Assembly (NCBI GenBank): GCA_050293865.1
Contig: JBNKNN010000081.1
Location: 1-59,054, forward strand
Origin: Hydrogenophaga sp.
GTDB lineage: Bacteria > Pseudomonadota > Gammaproteobacteria > Burkholderiales > Burkholderiaceae_C
Length of the DNA stretch: 59,054 nt
Reading direction: 5' to 3'
Shown here: piece by piece, positions 39,028-48,421 of the stretch
Layout of the letters: each line of letters starts with the position of its first letter
Numbering within the stretch: the first letter of the stretch is position 1
Translations under genes and position numbers: made by a program
The notes under the pieces: generated by a model
Databases searched by the model: none
Told to the model about the DNA's origin: nothing
The model's input: the letters and a program-made list of their open reading frames with translations, nothing else

Positions 39028-39699
39028 TCAACTTTGTCGCGTCACAATCGTCACGCCAGTGGCCCAGGCCAGGTGCGTGGCATAGAAGCCTGGCGTTGTG
39101 GCCAGGGTGTGCGCCAGATCCCTGGCTTTGGCAGCATGCCCGACAGGCCAGTTGGGCTGTGGCAACATGTCATCGACCACATACAGTCCCCCCGGCTTGA
39201 GCAGACCGAGTGTCAGGTGGAGCAGACGGTATTTTCCTGGCCACGCGTCTGCAAAGATGAAGTCGTAGCTGGCGGGCCGCAGTGTCTTCAAGCACGCATC
39301 GCCATCCATGACCTGCATCTGCAGGCGCCGGTCGTGACCGAGGTGCCGCTGCAGCATCGTCATCGCGCAGGCATCGTTGTCTATTGTCAGCAGGTGCGCG
39401 TCGGCGCTCATGCCATCGAGCAGCCAGGCGGTGGAGAGACCGGTTCCTGATCCGATCTCCAGAAATTGCCCACCTGGTTTGCTAGCGGCCAGAGTGCGCA
39501 GCAAAGATCCCACAGCGGGGTCGGAAGCCATCGGGAATCGAGCGTCGCACGTCTCGCGCCAGAGAGCGGGCAATGCGCTGGGGGTTTTGCCCGCCTCAGA
39601 TGTGAGCAAATCGGTAACTTGATCATGCGCAGATGGCGCGAGATCAGCGCAGTTGGAGGCTGAGGGATGTTCGGCGCCAGAGAAGCAAAGAGTGTCCAT
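39028..39699 (-). CDS. O-methyltransferase (class I SAM-dependent)
   Basis: LEIGSGTGLSTAW, YDFIFADAWPGK, LKPGG.YVVDD; start uncertain. Confidence 0.88.
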   Translation of the reverse strand: MDTLCFSGAEHPSASNCADLAPSAHDQVTDLLTSEAGKTPSALPALWRETCDARFPMASDPAVGSLLRTLAASKPGGQFLEIGSGTGLSTAWLLDGMSADAHLLTIDNDACAMTMLQRHLGHDRRLQMQVMDGDACLKTLRPASYDFIFADAWPGKYRLLHLTLGLLKPGGLYVVDDMLPQPNWPVGHAAKARDLAHTLATTPGFYATHLAWATGVTIVTRQS

Positions 39700-40021
39700 G
39701 GGTGTTGAATCGAGAAGGCATACTAGGGCGCATACAGGTGTGCAGCGACGATAGCGCGCGCCCGATCCCTGCGACATCCCCTGGAAAAGCTCCAGGTCAG
39801 TCGTTGTTCAACACGGGGGTGGGGAGATCTGTGATGGTGTGACCGAAAGTCAGCTCAGATCAATGGCATGAATTCGGTCAACCGAGGCGGCGCGCAATCC
39901 CACCCCCAGCCAGTAGCAGCAGGGATAGGGTCGGTAGCAAAGAGGCAAATGCGCCGAGTGCGCGCCAGGCAGTCATGGTATTTATCTTAGCGGCTTCGAC
40001 GCTGCTTGTGTGATATCAGCT

Positions 40022-41068
40022 TCAATGCCGGTGCGTGTGGTGCGCGTCCGGTACGTGCGCATGACTGTGATGCATGGGTTCGTGCCTGTGCCAATGGCTG
40101 TGCGCGCCCGCCGGCATGTCGGCATGTGTGTGGGTGTGGTGACCGTCGTCATGGGTGTGCGCGTGTTCGTGCTCCATCGCCTCGTGATCATGTTCGTGGT
40201 TGTGATCCTCCAGCAGGTGCGCGACGACGCCCGCGACCATCAGGCCGCCCCCGGCCAGCAGGAGAACGCTGAACGTCCGCTCGCCAAGTGCAAACGCGCC
40301 CAGGGCGCCGATGAAAGGGGCAAAGGCAAACACGGATCCGGTTCGGGCGGCGCCAAAGCTTCTCTGCGCCAACAAGTACAGACGCAGGCTCAGTCCGTAG
40401 CCACTGGCCCCGACCGCCACCAAGCCCAACGTCGCTGTCATGGCAGGCAAAGGCTCGTGCAGGGTCCAGGCGACGACACCGGTGGTGATGGCTCCCAGTG
40501 ATGCTTTGGCCCACACAACCTGGGCAGGGTCACGTTCTGCCACACCGCGCGACAAGGCGTTGTCCACGCCCCATGCCGCAGTGGCCAGTGCCACGGCAAA
40601 CAATCCCCACAACTGAACCTGCCCGGCCAGACCTTGGTCCAGCACCAGCAACACGCCACCTGCGAGCAACAGCGATATCGCCGTTCTCACGCGTCGGCCG
40701 AGCGCCTCGCCATACCAGCGGGATGCCAGCACGGCGGTGAACACGGCCTCCAACGTGAGCAGCAGCGACGCACTCGTCCCGCTGGTGCGTTGCAGGCCCC
40801 AGGCGAGTGCGACGGGCCCCACGACGGCTCCCGCTGCCACCATCGCCAACAGGCGTGGCGCGTCGCTTCGACGCAATGGCGCCTCGGTGGCTTCGCCTCG
40901 ACGCAGAACCAGCGCTACCAATGCAGCGCCGGCATAGAGCAAGGCTGCCGTGGAGAACGCGCCCAGGCCTTGCCCGAATCGCTGGACCAGCGGTGTGCTG
41001 CCGCCAAACAAGACAGCGGCCAGCAACGCCAGCACGCCACCTTTGAGAGCCGGGGGCAGCCTTGCCAT
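40022..41068 (-). CDS. DMT/EamA family transporter with His-rich C-terminal tail
   Basis: AA.LFG.STP, LLY.GA, W..DN.L, APF.GA motifs; tail rich in HxH repeats; 1-nt overlap with upstream stop. Confidence 0.88.
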   Translation of the reverse strand: MARLPPALKGGVLALLAAVLFGGSTPLVQRFGQGLGAFSTAALLYAGAALVALVLRRGEATEAPLRRSDAPRLLAMVAAGAVVGPVALAWGLQRTSGTSASLLLTLEAVFTAVLASRWYGEALGRRVRTAISLLLAGGVLLVLDQGLAGQVQLWGLFAVALATAAWGVDNALSRGVAERDPAQVVWAKASLGAITTGVVAWTLHEPLPAMTATLGLVAVGASGYGLSLRLYLLAQRSFGAARTGSVFAFAPFIGALGAFALGERTFSVLLLAGGGLMVAGVVAHLLEDHNHEHDHEAMEHEHAHTHDDGHHTHTHADMPAGAHSHWHRHEPMHHSHAHVPDAHHTHRH

Positions 41069-41418
41069 CACTCGCCTGTGTAATTGGCTGCGATGTAGTT
41101 GCCCGGCAGCGAGAAGAACAGGTAAAGCGTTTGTTTGGATGGATCGGTCACTGCAGGGTTCTTGTAGATCAGACGCCACTCCTTGCCTTTCTTTCCGTCG
41201 ATCTGGTCGATGGTGTCGAGCTTGACGTTGCGCCAGGACGCGTCGAGACGACCGGTTTCCACCAAGCCATCCTTTTGTTGGTTGCCACACTGAACGACGG
41301 TGGCCTCTTTGGCCGGCTTGCGCCCGTGGAAATGACATTGGGCGCCTGCATCCGCCATCACGACGGGGGAGATGGAAACGGAGGCCAGCCATACGATCGC
41401 AGCAAGTATTTTTTTCAT
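41068..41418 (-). CDS. DUF6488-like small periplasmic protein
   Basis: Signal peptide, CHFHG, G.LD.SW, KEW...Y.N....D..K.TLY.F....G.YIAAN.TG. Confidence 0.75.
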   Translation of the reverse strand: MKKILAAIVWLASVSISPVVMADAGAQCHFHGRKPAKEATVVQCGNQQKDGLVETGRLDASWRNVKLDTIDQIDGKKGKEWRLIYKNPAVTDPSKQTLYLFFSLPGNYIAANYTGE

Positions 41419-41480
41419 GGTCGTACCTTTCGATGTGAGGGTTGCGGTTGTGGTGTCGATTCGATTTCGGGACGCTTGCT

Positions 41481-42269
41481 TCACAGGCCATCCCGTTGAG
41501 TGTCTCGGGTGTTCTCCACGTCCAGGTCCTCATGGGCATGGCGATGCTCGGCCGCAGGGAATCGGAAACTGTCGGGATCGACGTCGTGCTGATACCCGTG
41601 CAGCTGAACGAACAGCAGATACACGCCGGCATAGAACAAGGCGAGGTTGGCTGCGTAACTGAAGCGCTTGAACGATGGGCGTTGCCGCCACAGGGCCAGT
41701 GCCATCACCATGACGACGAGTGCAGCGATCTGCCCTAGCTCGACCCCCACGTTGAAGCTCACGATACGCAACAGCATATGCGCCGTATCGTCGCCCAATG
41801 GCAACTGCTGCAGCCGGGTGGACAGGCCGAAGCCATGCAGCAGGCCGAAGGCGAACACCATGGCCAGCAGGTTGGGGGAAGTCATCTGGAAGTGCTTTTG
41901 AAAACCGCCGTTGTTGTCAAACGCTTTGTACATCACGCTGAGCGCAATGACAGCATCCACCAGGTAGTAGTTCCAGGTGATCTGAAACAGCGTGGCGAAG
42001 ATCAAAGTGATGCTGTGACCCAGCGTGAACACTGAGACGAACTTCACGACGTCCCTGAAGGAAGTGAGAAAGAACACGACGCCAAACAGAAACAACAAGT
42101 GGTCGTAGCCGGTCACCATGTGGCTCGCACCCAGGCCCACGTATTGCAGGTAGCTGCCTTCGAGCATGCGTTGCCGGTCAGCCTCGGAGATGCCGTGGGC
42201 CAACGCGGAGGCGGATGCCGCCGCACACCCCAGAGCCATGATCCACCGGGAAATCAAAGATCGATTCAT
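41481..42269 (-). CDS. HupE/UreJ family protein (Ni/Co transporter-like)
   Basis: AHG after signal, HM.TGYDHLLFL, FT.GHS.TL, FGL.HG.G, FN.GVE.GQ. Confidence 0.9.
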   Translation of the reverse strand: MNRSLISRWIMALGCAAASASALAHGISEADRQRMLEGSYLQYVGLGASHMVTGYDHLLFLFGVVFFLTSFRDVVKFVSVFTLGHSITLIFATLFQITWNYYLVDAVIALSVMYKAFDNNGGFQKHFQMTSPNLLAMVFAFGLLHGFGLSTRLQQLPLGDDTAHMLLRIVSFNVGVELGQIAALVVMVMALALWRQRPSFKRFSYAANLALFYAGVYLLFVQLHGYQHDVDPDSFRFPAAEHRHAHEDLDVENTRDTQRDGL

Positions 42270-42489
42270 CTGTGTAGGGATGAGAAAGAAAGGAGAGTGG
42301 GAGTTCGGAAGATGAGCCGTCCGGCAGCGTCACGACGTCGTGCTTCTGAGGCAGCCGAAATGCCTGCGACCGCAGCTGCTGGATCCCTGCGGGAGTCAGG
42401 CGAATGCGGACGCGGGCAGATGCGTCGACGTCGCGCCGCCACTGCAAGACCCGTCTTGTCAGGATTGGCGGCTTGCCGGCGCTGGCGAG

Positions 42490-42948
42490 TCAGACGGAGA
42501 AGGCTCGGGGTGGGCGCATAGGCCCTTCCAGTGTGATGAGCGGAGGTGCAAGCGCCAGCAGGCTTGGTGGCGCGTGAGCCGTCCGCAAAGCGAGCTCTAC
42601 TTGAGGCGCCAAGGGCAGGGCGAGCACTTGCAGCACGTCATGGAAATGCTGATGCCCTTTGACCGAAGGCCGATCTTCTACCGTGTCAGCGACCTCGTAC
42701 AAAACGGGGTCCAGGGCTCCAACACCTGTGTCGATCGCGTCTGGATGCAGAGATATGGCAAATCCATGCGCTTGATACCGGCTGCCGTCAGCGAAGTCTT
42801 GGTGGTGGTGATGGTCAAGTCCCTGGCCGTGGACCAGGGCATGGGCCAGCAAGTTGCGCTGTGGGTCGAACCGGACACCTACCAGACAGGCCAGTGACTG
42901 CAGCAGCAAAAGCAGCATGAGGGCAAAAGCGCGGGCTCTCAGGGGCAT
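42490..42948 (-). CDS. His-rich hypothetical protein
   Basis: Hydrophobic N-terminus, H.L.H....HHHH, Pro-rich C-terminus ending RPPR. Confidence 0.55.
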   Translation of the reverse strand: MPLRARAFALMLLLLLQSLACLVGVRFDPQRNLLAHALVHGQGLDHHHHQDFADGSRYQAHGFAISLHPDAIDTGVGALDPVLYEVADTVEDRPSVKGHQHFHDVLQVLALPLAPQVELALRTAHAPPSLLALAPPLITLEGPMRPPRAFSV

Positions 42949-43086
42949 CCGAGAATTGTATCGATGAAGCCAGCAGTCGCACTCGCTTGGCCATGGCGGA
43001 AAGGGGGTCTTCAGACTCTCTTTCTCTCTGGGCCGGACAGGCGTTGGCAACGGAGGGCCTAGCGGAAAGTAGCGCTGCATGTGTGG

Positions 43087-43114
43087 ATATACAAAACGTA
43101 TATTAATCGTATAT
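43087..43114. promoter_or_regulatory. candidate operator for the ParD-like regulator
   Basis: ATATAC-N5-GTATAT inverted repeat plus CGTATAT direct repeat at 11-bp spacing in an AT-rich patch. Confidence 0.55.
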
Positions 43115-43170
43115 ATTCGGTCCATCTCCAACACCGCCGTTTACTGGCGCCCAAAAGCAAGAAGGATCCC

Positions 43171-43461
43171 ATGGGCATCGTCAAGATTTCCGAACAACTG
43201 CATGAAAGCCTTCGCGTGGCCAGCAATGCCTTGAGTCGCTCTATCAATGCCCAGGCGGAACATTGGATGCGCATGGGCATGCTGGCGGAACTGCACCCTG
43301 ATCTGAATCACCGAGAGCTTTGTCAGTTGCTCGTTCGCATGGAGTTGGCCGGCGGCTTCGACATCGAATCGCTGGTGGCAGAGCCGGTGCCACCCCATGC
43401 GCGAACGGGCCAGAAGTCGGGCAGCAAGGACAGCAAGGGCTCTGGCGCTCGCAAGCATTGA
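43171..43461 (+). CDS. ParD-like family ribbon-helix-helix protein
   Basis: MGIVKIS..LH..LR..S....RSINAQAEHW.R.G.LAE..P. Confidence 0.85.
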   Translation: MGIVKISEQLHESLRVASNALSRSINAQAEHWMRMGMLAELHPDLNHRELCQLLVRMELAGGFDIESLVAEPVPPHARTGQKSGSKDSKGSGARKH

Positions 43462-43494
43462 CGAAACGATGAAGCACTGTCCCAAGGCCCTTCC

Positions 43495-44289
43495 ATGCTG
43501 AGCCGAACCCTCACGCTCAAATCCCCTGAAGAGATCGCCCTGTCGCGCCGCGCGGGTCAACTGGCAGCGCAAGTGCTGGAGATGATCGAACCTCACGTGG
43601 TGGCTGGCGTCTCCACGGAGGCACTTGACCGGCTTTGCCACGATTTCATCGTCAATGTGCAAGGCGCCATTCCAGCCAACCTCGGCTATCAGGGTTACCC
43701 CAAGACCATTCTCACGTCGGTGAATCAAGTGGTTTGCCATGGCATCCCCTCGCCACACAAAGTGCTGAAGGAGGGTGACATCGTCAACATTGATGTGGCA
43801 GTCCTCGAGGACGGCTGGTTTGGCGACACCAGCCGCATGTTCTGCGTCGGCCAGCCCAGCGTGCTGGCCAGGCGCCTGGTGGATACCACCTACGAAGCCT
43901 TGGTGGCAGGCATACGTCAAGTGAAGCCCGGCGCACATCTGGGCGATATCGGCCACGCCATTCAGTCGGTGGCCAGGCGCGAGAACTTCAGCGTCGTGCG
44001 CGAGTACTGTGGGCACGGCATCGGGCAGATCTATCACGACGCACCCGATGTGCTGCACTATGGCAATCGCGGCGAGGGTATTGAACTGGTGGCAGGCATG
44101 GTCTTCACCATTGAGCCCATGCTCAATGCAGGCAAACGCGAGGTGAAGACATTGGCGGATGACTGGACCGTGGTCACCAAAGACCGCTCGCTCTCGGCCC
44201 AGTGGGAACACATGGTGGCGGTCACCCCTGACGGCTACGAGGTGCTGACAGCGTGGCCGGGCGGAACGGGAGGCTATCCACCGGTGTGA
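43495..44289 (+). CDS. map: type I methionyl aminopeptidase
   Basis: SVN.VVCHGIP, NIDV, GDTS, YCGHGIG, FTIEPM.N, SAQWEH. Confidence 0.95.
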   Translation: MLSRTLTLKSPEEIALSRRAGQLAAQVLEMIEPHVVAGVSTEALDRLCHDFIVNVQGAIPANLGYQGYPKTILTSVNQVVCHGIPSPHKVLKEGDIVNIDVAVLEDGWFGDTSRMFCVGQPSVLARRLVDTTYEALVAGIRQVKPGAHLGDIGHAIQSVARRENFSVVREYCGHGIGQIYHDAPDVLHYGNRGEGIELVAGMVFTIEPMLNAGKREVKTLADDWTVVTKDRSLSAQWEHMVAVTPDGYEVLTAWPGGTGGYPPV

Positions 44290-44335
44290 AGTCGCTCGCC
44301 AGCTTTGCCCGAGTTACAAATTCTTTCAATCTGCC

Positions 44336-44362
44336 TGCATCCATATGCTGGTTCGCTTCGTT
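44336..44362 (+). promoter_or_regulatory. candidate ECF sigma promoter
   Basis: TGCATCC-N16-CGTT upstream of the operon that encodes the ECF sigma. Confidence 0.45.
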
Positions 44363-44443
44363 CTCAAAGCAGGGCAGCACATTGTTGCCCCCGGGATGTT
44401 CCCCAACCCATCTGTTAACACAAGCAAAGAGGACGAAGAGATC

Positions 44444-44860
44444 ATGAAAACCATTGCACAAAAATCCCCTATCCTGATGGCCGCCGTGGCGATGACTGCC
44501 TCCCTGTTCATGGCCGCTGCCGCACAAGCCCAGCCGGTGATGAAAGACGGCGTACTGGCTGATGCAGCTGGACGAACCGTCTACACCTTTGACAAGGACG
44601 AAGCCAACAAGAGCAACTGTGCCGGCGGTTGCCTGGTGAAGTGGCCTGCATTCGTGGCCAAGCCTGAAGCCAAGGCTCAGGGCGAGTTCGGCGTGATCGA
44701 AGCCAACGGTGTTCGCCAATGGACCTACAACAGCCAGCCGCTCTACTACTTCGTGGGCGATGTCAAGCCGGGTGATCGCACCGGTGACGGCATGGGCGGT
44801 GTCTGGCACGTGGTGGGCGAGAAGAGTGCAGCCAATGCTTCGAGCAGCTACAAGTACTGA
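44444..44860 (+). CDS. COG4315 family secreted repeat protein
   Basis: Signal peptide, G.T.Y.FDKD...SNC...C...WP, QW.Y...PLY.F..D..PGD..GDG..G.W. Confidence 0.88.
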   Translation: MKTIAQKSPILMAAVAMTASLFMAAAAQAQPVMKDGVLADAAGRTVYTFDKDEANKSNCAGGCLVKWPAFVAKPEAKAQGEFGVIEANGVRQWTYNSQPLYYFVGDVKPGDRTGDGMGGVWHVVGEKSAANASSSYKY

Positions 44861-44953
44861 TCGACGGCAGTTCTGAAAGCGATGCAATGGGGGACGCGGC
44901 AGCGCAGGCATGCGCTATGCTCGTCCCCATTGCATGTTCCGGGTACCTTCTAC

Positions 44954-45523
44954 ATGGACGACCGCGAAGAGATCAGCCATCTGCTCGCTCGCGTTGCCTT
45001 GCGTGACGCCAAAGCCTTTGAGTCCTTGTTTGCCTTGACGGCCAAGCGCTTGATGGCGGTGGCTGTGCGGGTCACGCAAGACGCGGCCATGGCGGAAGAC
45101 GTGCTGCAGGAAGTCTTCAGTGCCATCTGGAATCGGGCAGACAACGCTGCACCAGGGCAGCAAAAGACATTGGCCTGGTTGTGCGTGGTCACGCGCCATC
45201 GTGCGGTAGACCTGGTGCGCAAACGAAAGCCCGAGGAGCCACTGCACTTTCGCAGTGCCGATGGAGAGGAGCAAACGCATGACGTGGCAGCCGAGGACAC
45301 TTCGCCCATGGAGCACCTGCTGCAGCAAGAAGGCGATGCCCGGCTTGCACATTGCATGGGCACGCTGGAGCCAGAACCGCGTCAGGCACTGTTGTTGTCC
45401 TTCTACGAAGGGCTGACCCACATGGAGGTGGCAGAACGCATGAAGCGCCCGCTGGGCACCGTCAAAGCCTGGACACGTCGCAGCCTGATGCGACTCAAAG
45501 GGTGCATGGAGGCAGCAGCATGA
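44954..45523 (+). CDS. ECF RNA polymerase sigma factor (SigK-like)
   Basis: AEDVLQE.F..IW, WL....R.RA.D, FYEG.TH.E.A.....PLGTVK.W.RR. Confidence 0.92.
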   Translation: MDDREEISHLLARVALRDAKAFESLFALTAKRLMAVAVRVTQDAAMAEDVLQEVFSAIWNRADNAAPGQQKTLAWLCVVTRHRAVDLVRKRKPEEPLHFRSADGEEQTHDVAAEDTSPMEHLLQQEGDARLAHCMGTLEPEPRQALLLSFYEGLTHMEVAERMKRPLGTVKAWTRRSLMRLKGCMEAAA

Positions 45524-46317
45524 CCTACCAGCACCCCCAACATCCGTCACCTGCCCGGGGGCACTGGTCCAGAAACCCTTCCGCGGTTGAACAACTGGCT
45601 GCCGCCTACGTGGCAGGTACGCTGCAGGGCAGGGCGCGTCGCCGCTTTGAAGGCCAGATGCACCGCAGCCCCATGCTGGTCGATGCCGTCAACGAATGGA
45701 CGGCGCGGATGGGTGGCCTGCACACCAGTCTGTCGCCCATGGCACCCAGTGCCCAGTTGTGGGATCGCATTGCGAAGGCCAACGGCATTGAGTCGGTCAT
45801 CGCCAGCAAGGTACAAGCTGCAACGCCCGTGTCCAGCGGATCCAGCCCTTCATGGTGGCAACGGCTGTTCGCGCCTATTCCGGCCGGTGCGCTGGCCTTG
45901 GGTCTGGTGTTGGGCAGCGTGGTGCCCGCTGTCTGGCAGGCACAGAACAGCAGCCACCCCAATATGGAGCTGCCGGCGAGTTACGTGGGTGTGCTGGCAA
46001 CGCAGGATGGGCGACCAGGTCTGATCATCTCGAGCCTTCGCCGCGGCAAGGTGGTGGATGTCAAACGCGAAACACCGGTGGCCATTCCGGCGGGGCAGAC
46101 GCTCTACCTCTGGCGCATCGACAAGGACGGCCAGGTGCAGCCGGTGGGCGCATTGCCCGACGGAAAGTTTGTGCATGTGCCGCTGGATGCGCCGGCAGAG
46201 GATGTCTTCCTGCCGGCGGTGGAGCTGGCGGTGTCGCTGGAGGCGCAAGGCGCTTCCCCCGCTCAGCCGTCTCAGGCTTTCGTCTACCGCGGTCTGTGCG
46301 GGAAGATTTGGCCTTGA
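45520..46317 (+). CDS. anti-sigma factor (RskA family)
   Basis: LAA.YV.GTL.G.ARRRFE, P...LW.RI, TM, LAVSLE; ATGA overlap with sigma. Confidence 0.88.
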   Translation: MTYQHPQHPSPARGHWSRNPSAVEQLAAAYVAGTLQGRARRRFEGQMHRSPMLVDAVNEWTARMGGLHTSLSPMAPSAQLWDRIAKANGIESVIASKVQAATPVSSGSSPSWWQRLFAPIPAGALALGLVLGSVVPAVWQAQNSSHPNMELPASYVGVLATQDGRPGLIISSLRRGKVVDVKRETPVAIPAGQTLYLWRIDKDGQVQPVGALPDGKFVHVPLDAPAEDVFLPAVELAVSLEAQGASPAQPSQAFVYRGLCGKIWP

Positions 46318-46343
46318 ACGAGCGGTGAGTCGCTCCTCGCGGA

Positions 46344-47255
46344 TCAGGCCCATACACGGTAAACCCAGTGGCTCTCCTGCGCCAGGCCACGCGCAATATC
46401 ACCAGGCCGCTCACCGAGATGCCGTTTGAATTCACGGCACATATGGGCCTGATCCGCGAAGCCGCTGAGGTCTGCCAGTTCGCTCCAGCGCGGCTCGGGC
46501 GTTTGGCCTTGGGCACTGAGCGCGACCACAGCGGTTTCCATTCGTCCCAGGTTTCTGATCTGCCTCAGGTTTTGGCCTGTCCATGTCTTGATGCGCCGGT
46601 CGGCCTGGCGTTCGCTGACTGGCAGCGGCCCGTTGCCCATGCTGGCCTCGCGGGCCAAAGTGCTTGACCAACGATCAAACCGATGCTCAGCGGCCGCCGA
46701 TTCGCCTCTCCCATGATGTGTTGACAAGGCCAACCATCGGGGCGCCACAAAGCGCTCGAAACAAAGGACCCGCGTCTCGTCATCGGGTGCCGCCAGCACC
46801 TCTGCTGCCATGGCTTGCCAGGCAGAGTCGAACGTATCGCTGAAAGCACTGTAGCGGCTGACATGCGGCTGGATGGGCAAGCCCGTCAGTCGGTGAAGCG
46901 CGTCAGGGTAGATCAGGACCGTGAACACCTGGACCGGCCCGTTGTTGTCACTGACAGATGATTGCGGGTGTGGGCCTCCCAGGATCACAGGCAGTGCGCA
47001 AGCGTTGCGTGAAGCTTGCGCCATGGTCTCGGTCAGACGCGTGTCTTGCCCGCGGACAAACCACACCAGAACACAGGTGGGCGTGGGTGGAAACGCGTTG
47101 TGCTTGACGGAGGCCAGTTGTGCCCAGGGGGCCGAGGTGCTGCGCGACATGTAGCCGCGAACACAACCAGCCAATGCCGCATCGGGTGCATAGAGCGCGG
47201 CACGCGTCGCACCCTCACAACCGAGAACCTCCTTGATGAGTCGGCCTGAATTCAT
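46344..47255 (-). CDS. AraC family helix-turn-helix protein
   Basis: SERQ..RR.K.WTG, W..LA...GFADQAH.CREF motifs. Confidence 0.85.
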   Translation of the reverse strand: MNSGRLIKEVLGCEGATRAALYAPDAALAGCVRGYMSRSTSAPWAQLASVKHNAFPPTPTCVLVWFVRGQDTRLTETMAQASRNACALPVILGGPHPQSSVSDNNGPVQVFTVLIYPDALHRLTGLPIQPHVSRYSAFSDTFDSAWQAMAAEVLAAPDDETRVLCFERFVAPRWLALSTHHGRGESAAAEHRFDRWSSTLAREASMGNGPLPVSERQADRRIKTWTGQNLRQIRNLGRMETAVVALSAQGQTPEPRWSELADLSGFADQAHMCREFKRHLGERPGDIARGLAQESHWVYRVWA

Positions 47256-47429
47256 GCGTGCGATGCCGGTTTGGCTGCAGAGATGGCCGTGTCCTGACGC
47301 TCGGCGAAATGAATGTCCGAACTGTTCAATACAGGATCGAAGGCAAACGCTAGCGTTGACCCTTTGTCGTCGTAAGGGTTGAGTCGCCGCTCGACCCTCT
47401 CGGGTTTCCTTTTGCAATCGGGATCGTTC

Positions 47430-47837
47430 ATGGGCTTGCGTTTCTCAATGGTGTGCGCCGCGGCAAGCACCGTGTGCTTTGCGTTGGCGTTGGTCTGGCT
47501 GCTGGCCCCAGAATGGCTGCTGACGCTGTGGGGTCTTGAGCTTAGCGTGTCAGCGGCTGTGGTGGCGCGCCGCTCAGCAGCGCTGTTTCTGGGGTTTGGT
47601 CTGGTGCTGGGCCGTATGCGTCGCTGGGGGGCGGGTCCGCTGCGAACGACCGTGGCGGACGCATTCTCTGTTGCTTGCAGTGCCTTGGCAGCTTTGGGTC
47701 TGGCCGAATGGTGGGCGGGCAATGTCAACGAAGGCATCTTGCTGGCGGTGGCTGCGGAGCTGGTATTGGCGATGCTGCTTTTTGCCAGCGTTCGCAGGGA
47801 CACTGCGTCTCCCGCCAATGAGACGACGGCGGCGTGA
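47430..47837 (+). CDS. hypothetical membrane protein
   Basis: Four TM segments, ARR.AALFLG.G motif. Confidence 0.7.
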   Translation: MGLRFSMVCAAASTVCFALALVWLLAPEWLLTLWGLELSVSAAVVARRSAALFLGFGLVLGRMRRWGAGPLRTTVADAFSVACSALAALGLAEWWAGNVNEGILLAVAAELVLAMLLFASVRRDTASPANETTAA

Positions 47838-48382
47838 TGCTGGAGACATCGCTTCCGAATGTCTGGCGCTCTTCAGCGCCCTATCGAAGCCTGGCGTCAG
47901 AGCGAATGCCCGGCGCCTACTTCTGCGATGCCTGGACCACGCTCGCGGCATACCCCGGAATGGACCCGCTCGCCCAATACCTGCGCGTGGCTCGCCGCAC
48001 GCCCGCGTGGATCGAAAACCTGATGCGCTTGCGAAACCGGATGGTCGCCTGGGTGGGCCTCAAGGACCTGGGGGCCATGTCAGCCCTTGACCTTGAAAGG
48101 TCGTCGACCGACTACAGCCGGGGGGATCGCGTCGGTATTTTCACCTTGTTGGATAGAACGGAAAACGAGGTGGTGCTGGGTGACAACGACCGACATCTCG
48201 ACGTGCTCGTCTCGGTGCATATGCGACGCAACCCACCCACGGGGCAAACCTTGGTGACTGTCACGACGGTGGTTCACGTTCACAACCTTCTCGGTCGCCT
48301 CTACATGATCCCTGTGCGCCCGGCGCACTATCTCATTGCCCGTGCGATGACAGCAGCGGTGGGGCAGCGAGATGGTCAGTGA
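47834..48382 (+). CDS. DUF2867 family protein
   Basis: P.W...LM.LRN..V...GLK, GIF, E.VLG.ND.HLD, HN.LGR.Y...V.P.H. Confidence 0.88.
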   Translation: MMLETSLPNVWRSSAPYRSLASERMPGAYFCDAWTTLAAYPGMDPLAQYLRVARRTPAWIENLMRLRNRMVAWVGLKDLGAMSALDLERSSTDYSRGDRVGIFTLLDRTENEVVLGDNDRHLDVLVSVHMRRNPPTGQTLVTVTTVVHVHNLLGRLYMIPVRPAHYLIARAMTAAVGQRDGQ

Positions 48383-48421
48383 CCTTTGCCTGAGCGTGAG
48401 CGCATCTTGGGCCAGTCAACC

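Noticed and set aside
39795-39976. Short hydrophobic minus-strand ORF (MTAWRALG.., 32 aa) or gene remnant
   Set aside because: Too short, no RBS, interrupted by stops; no evidence of function
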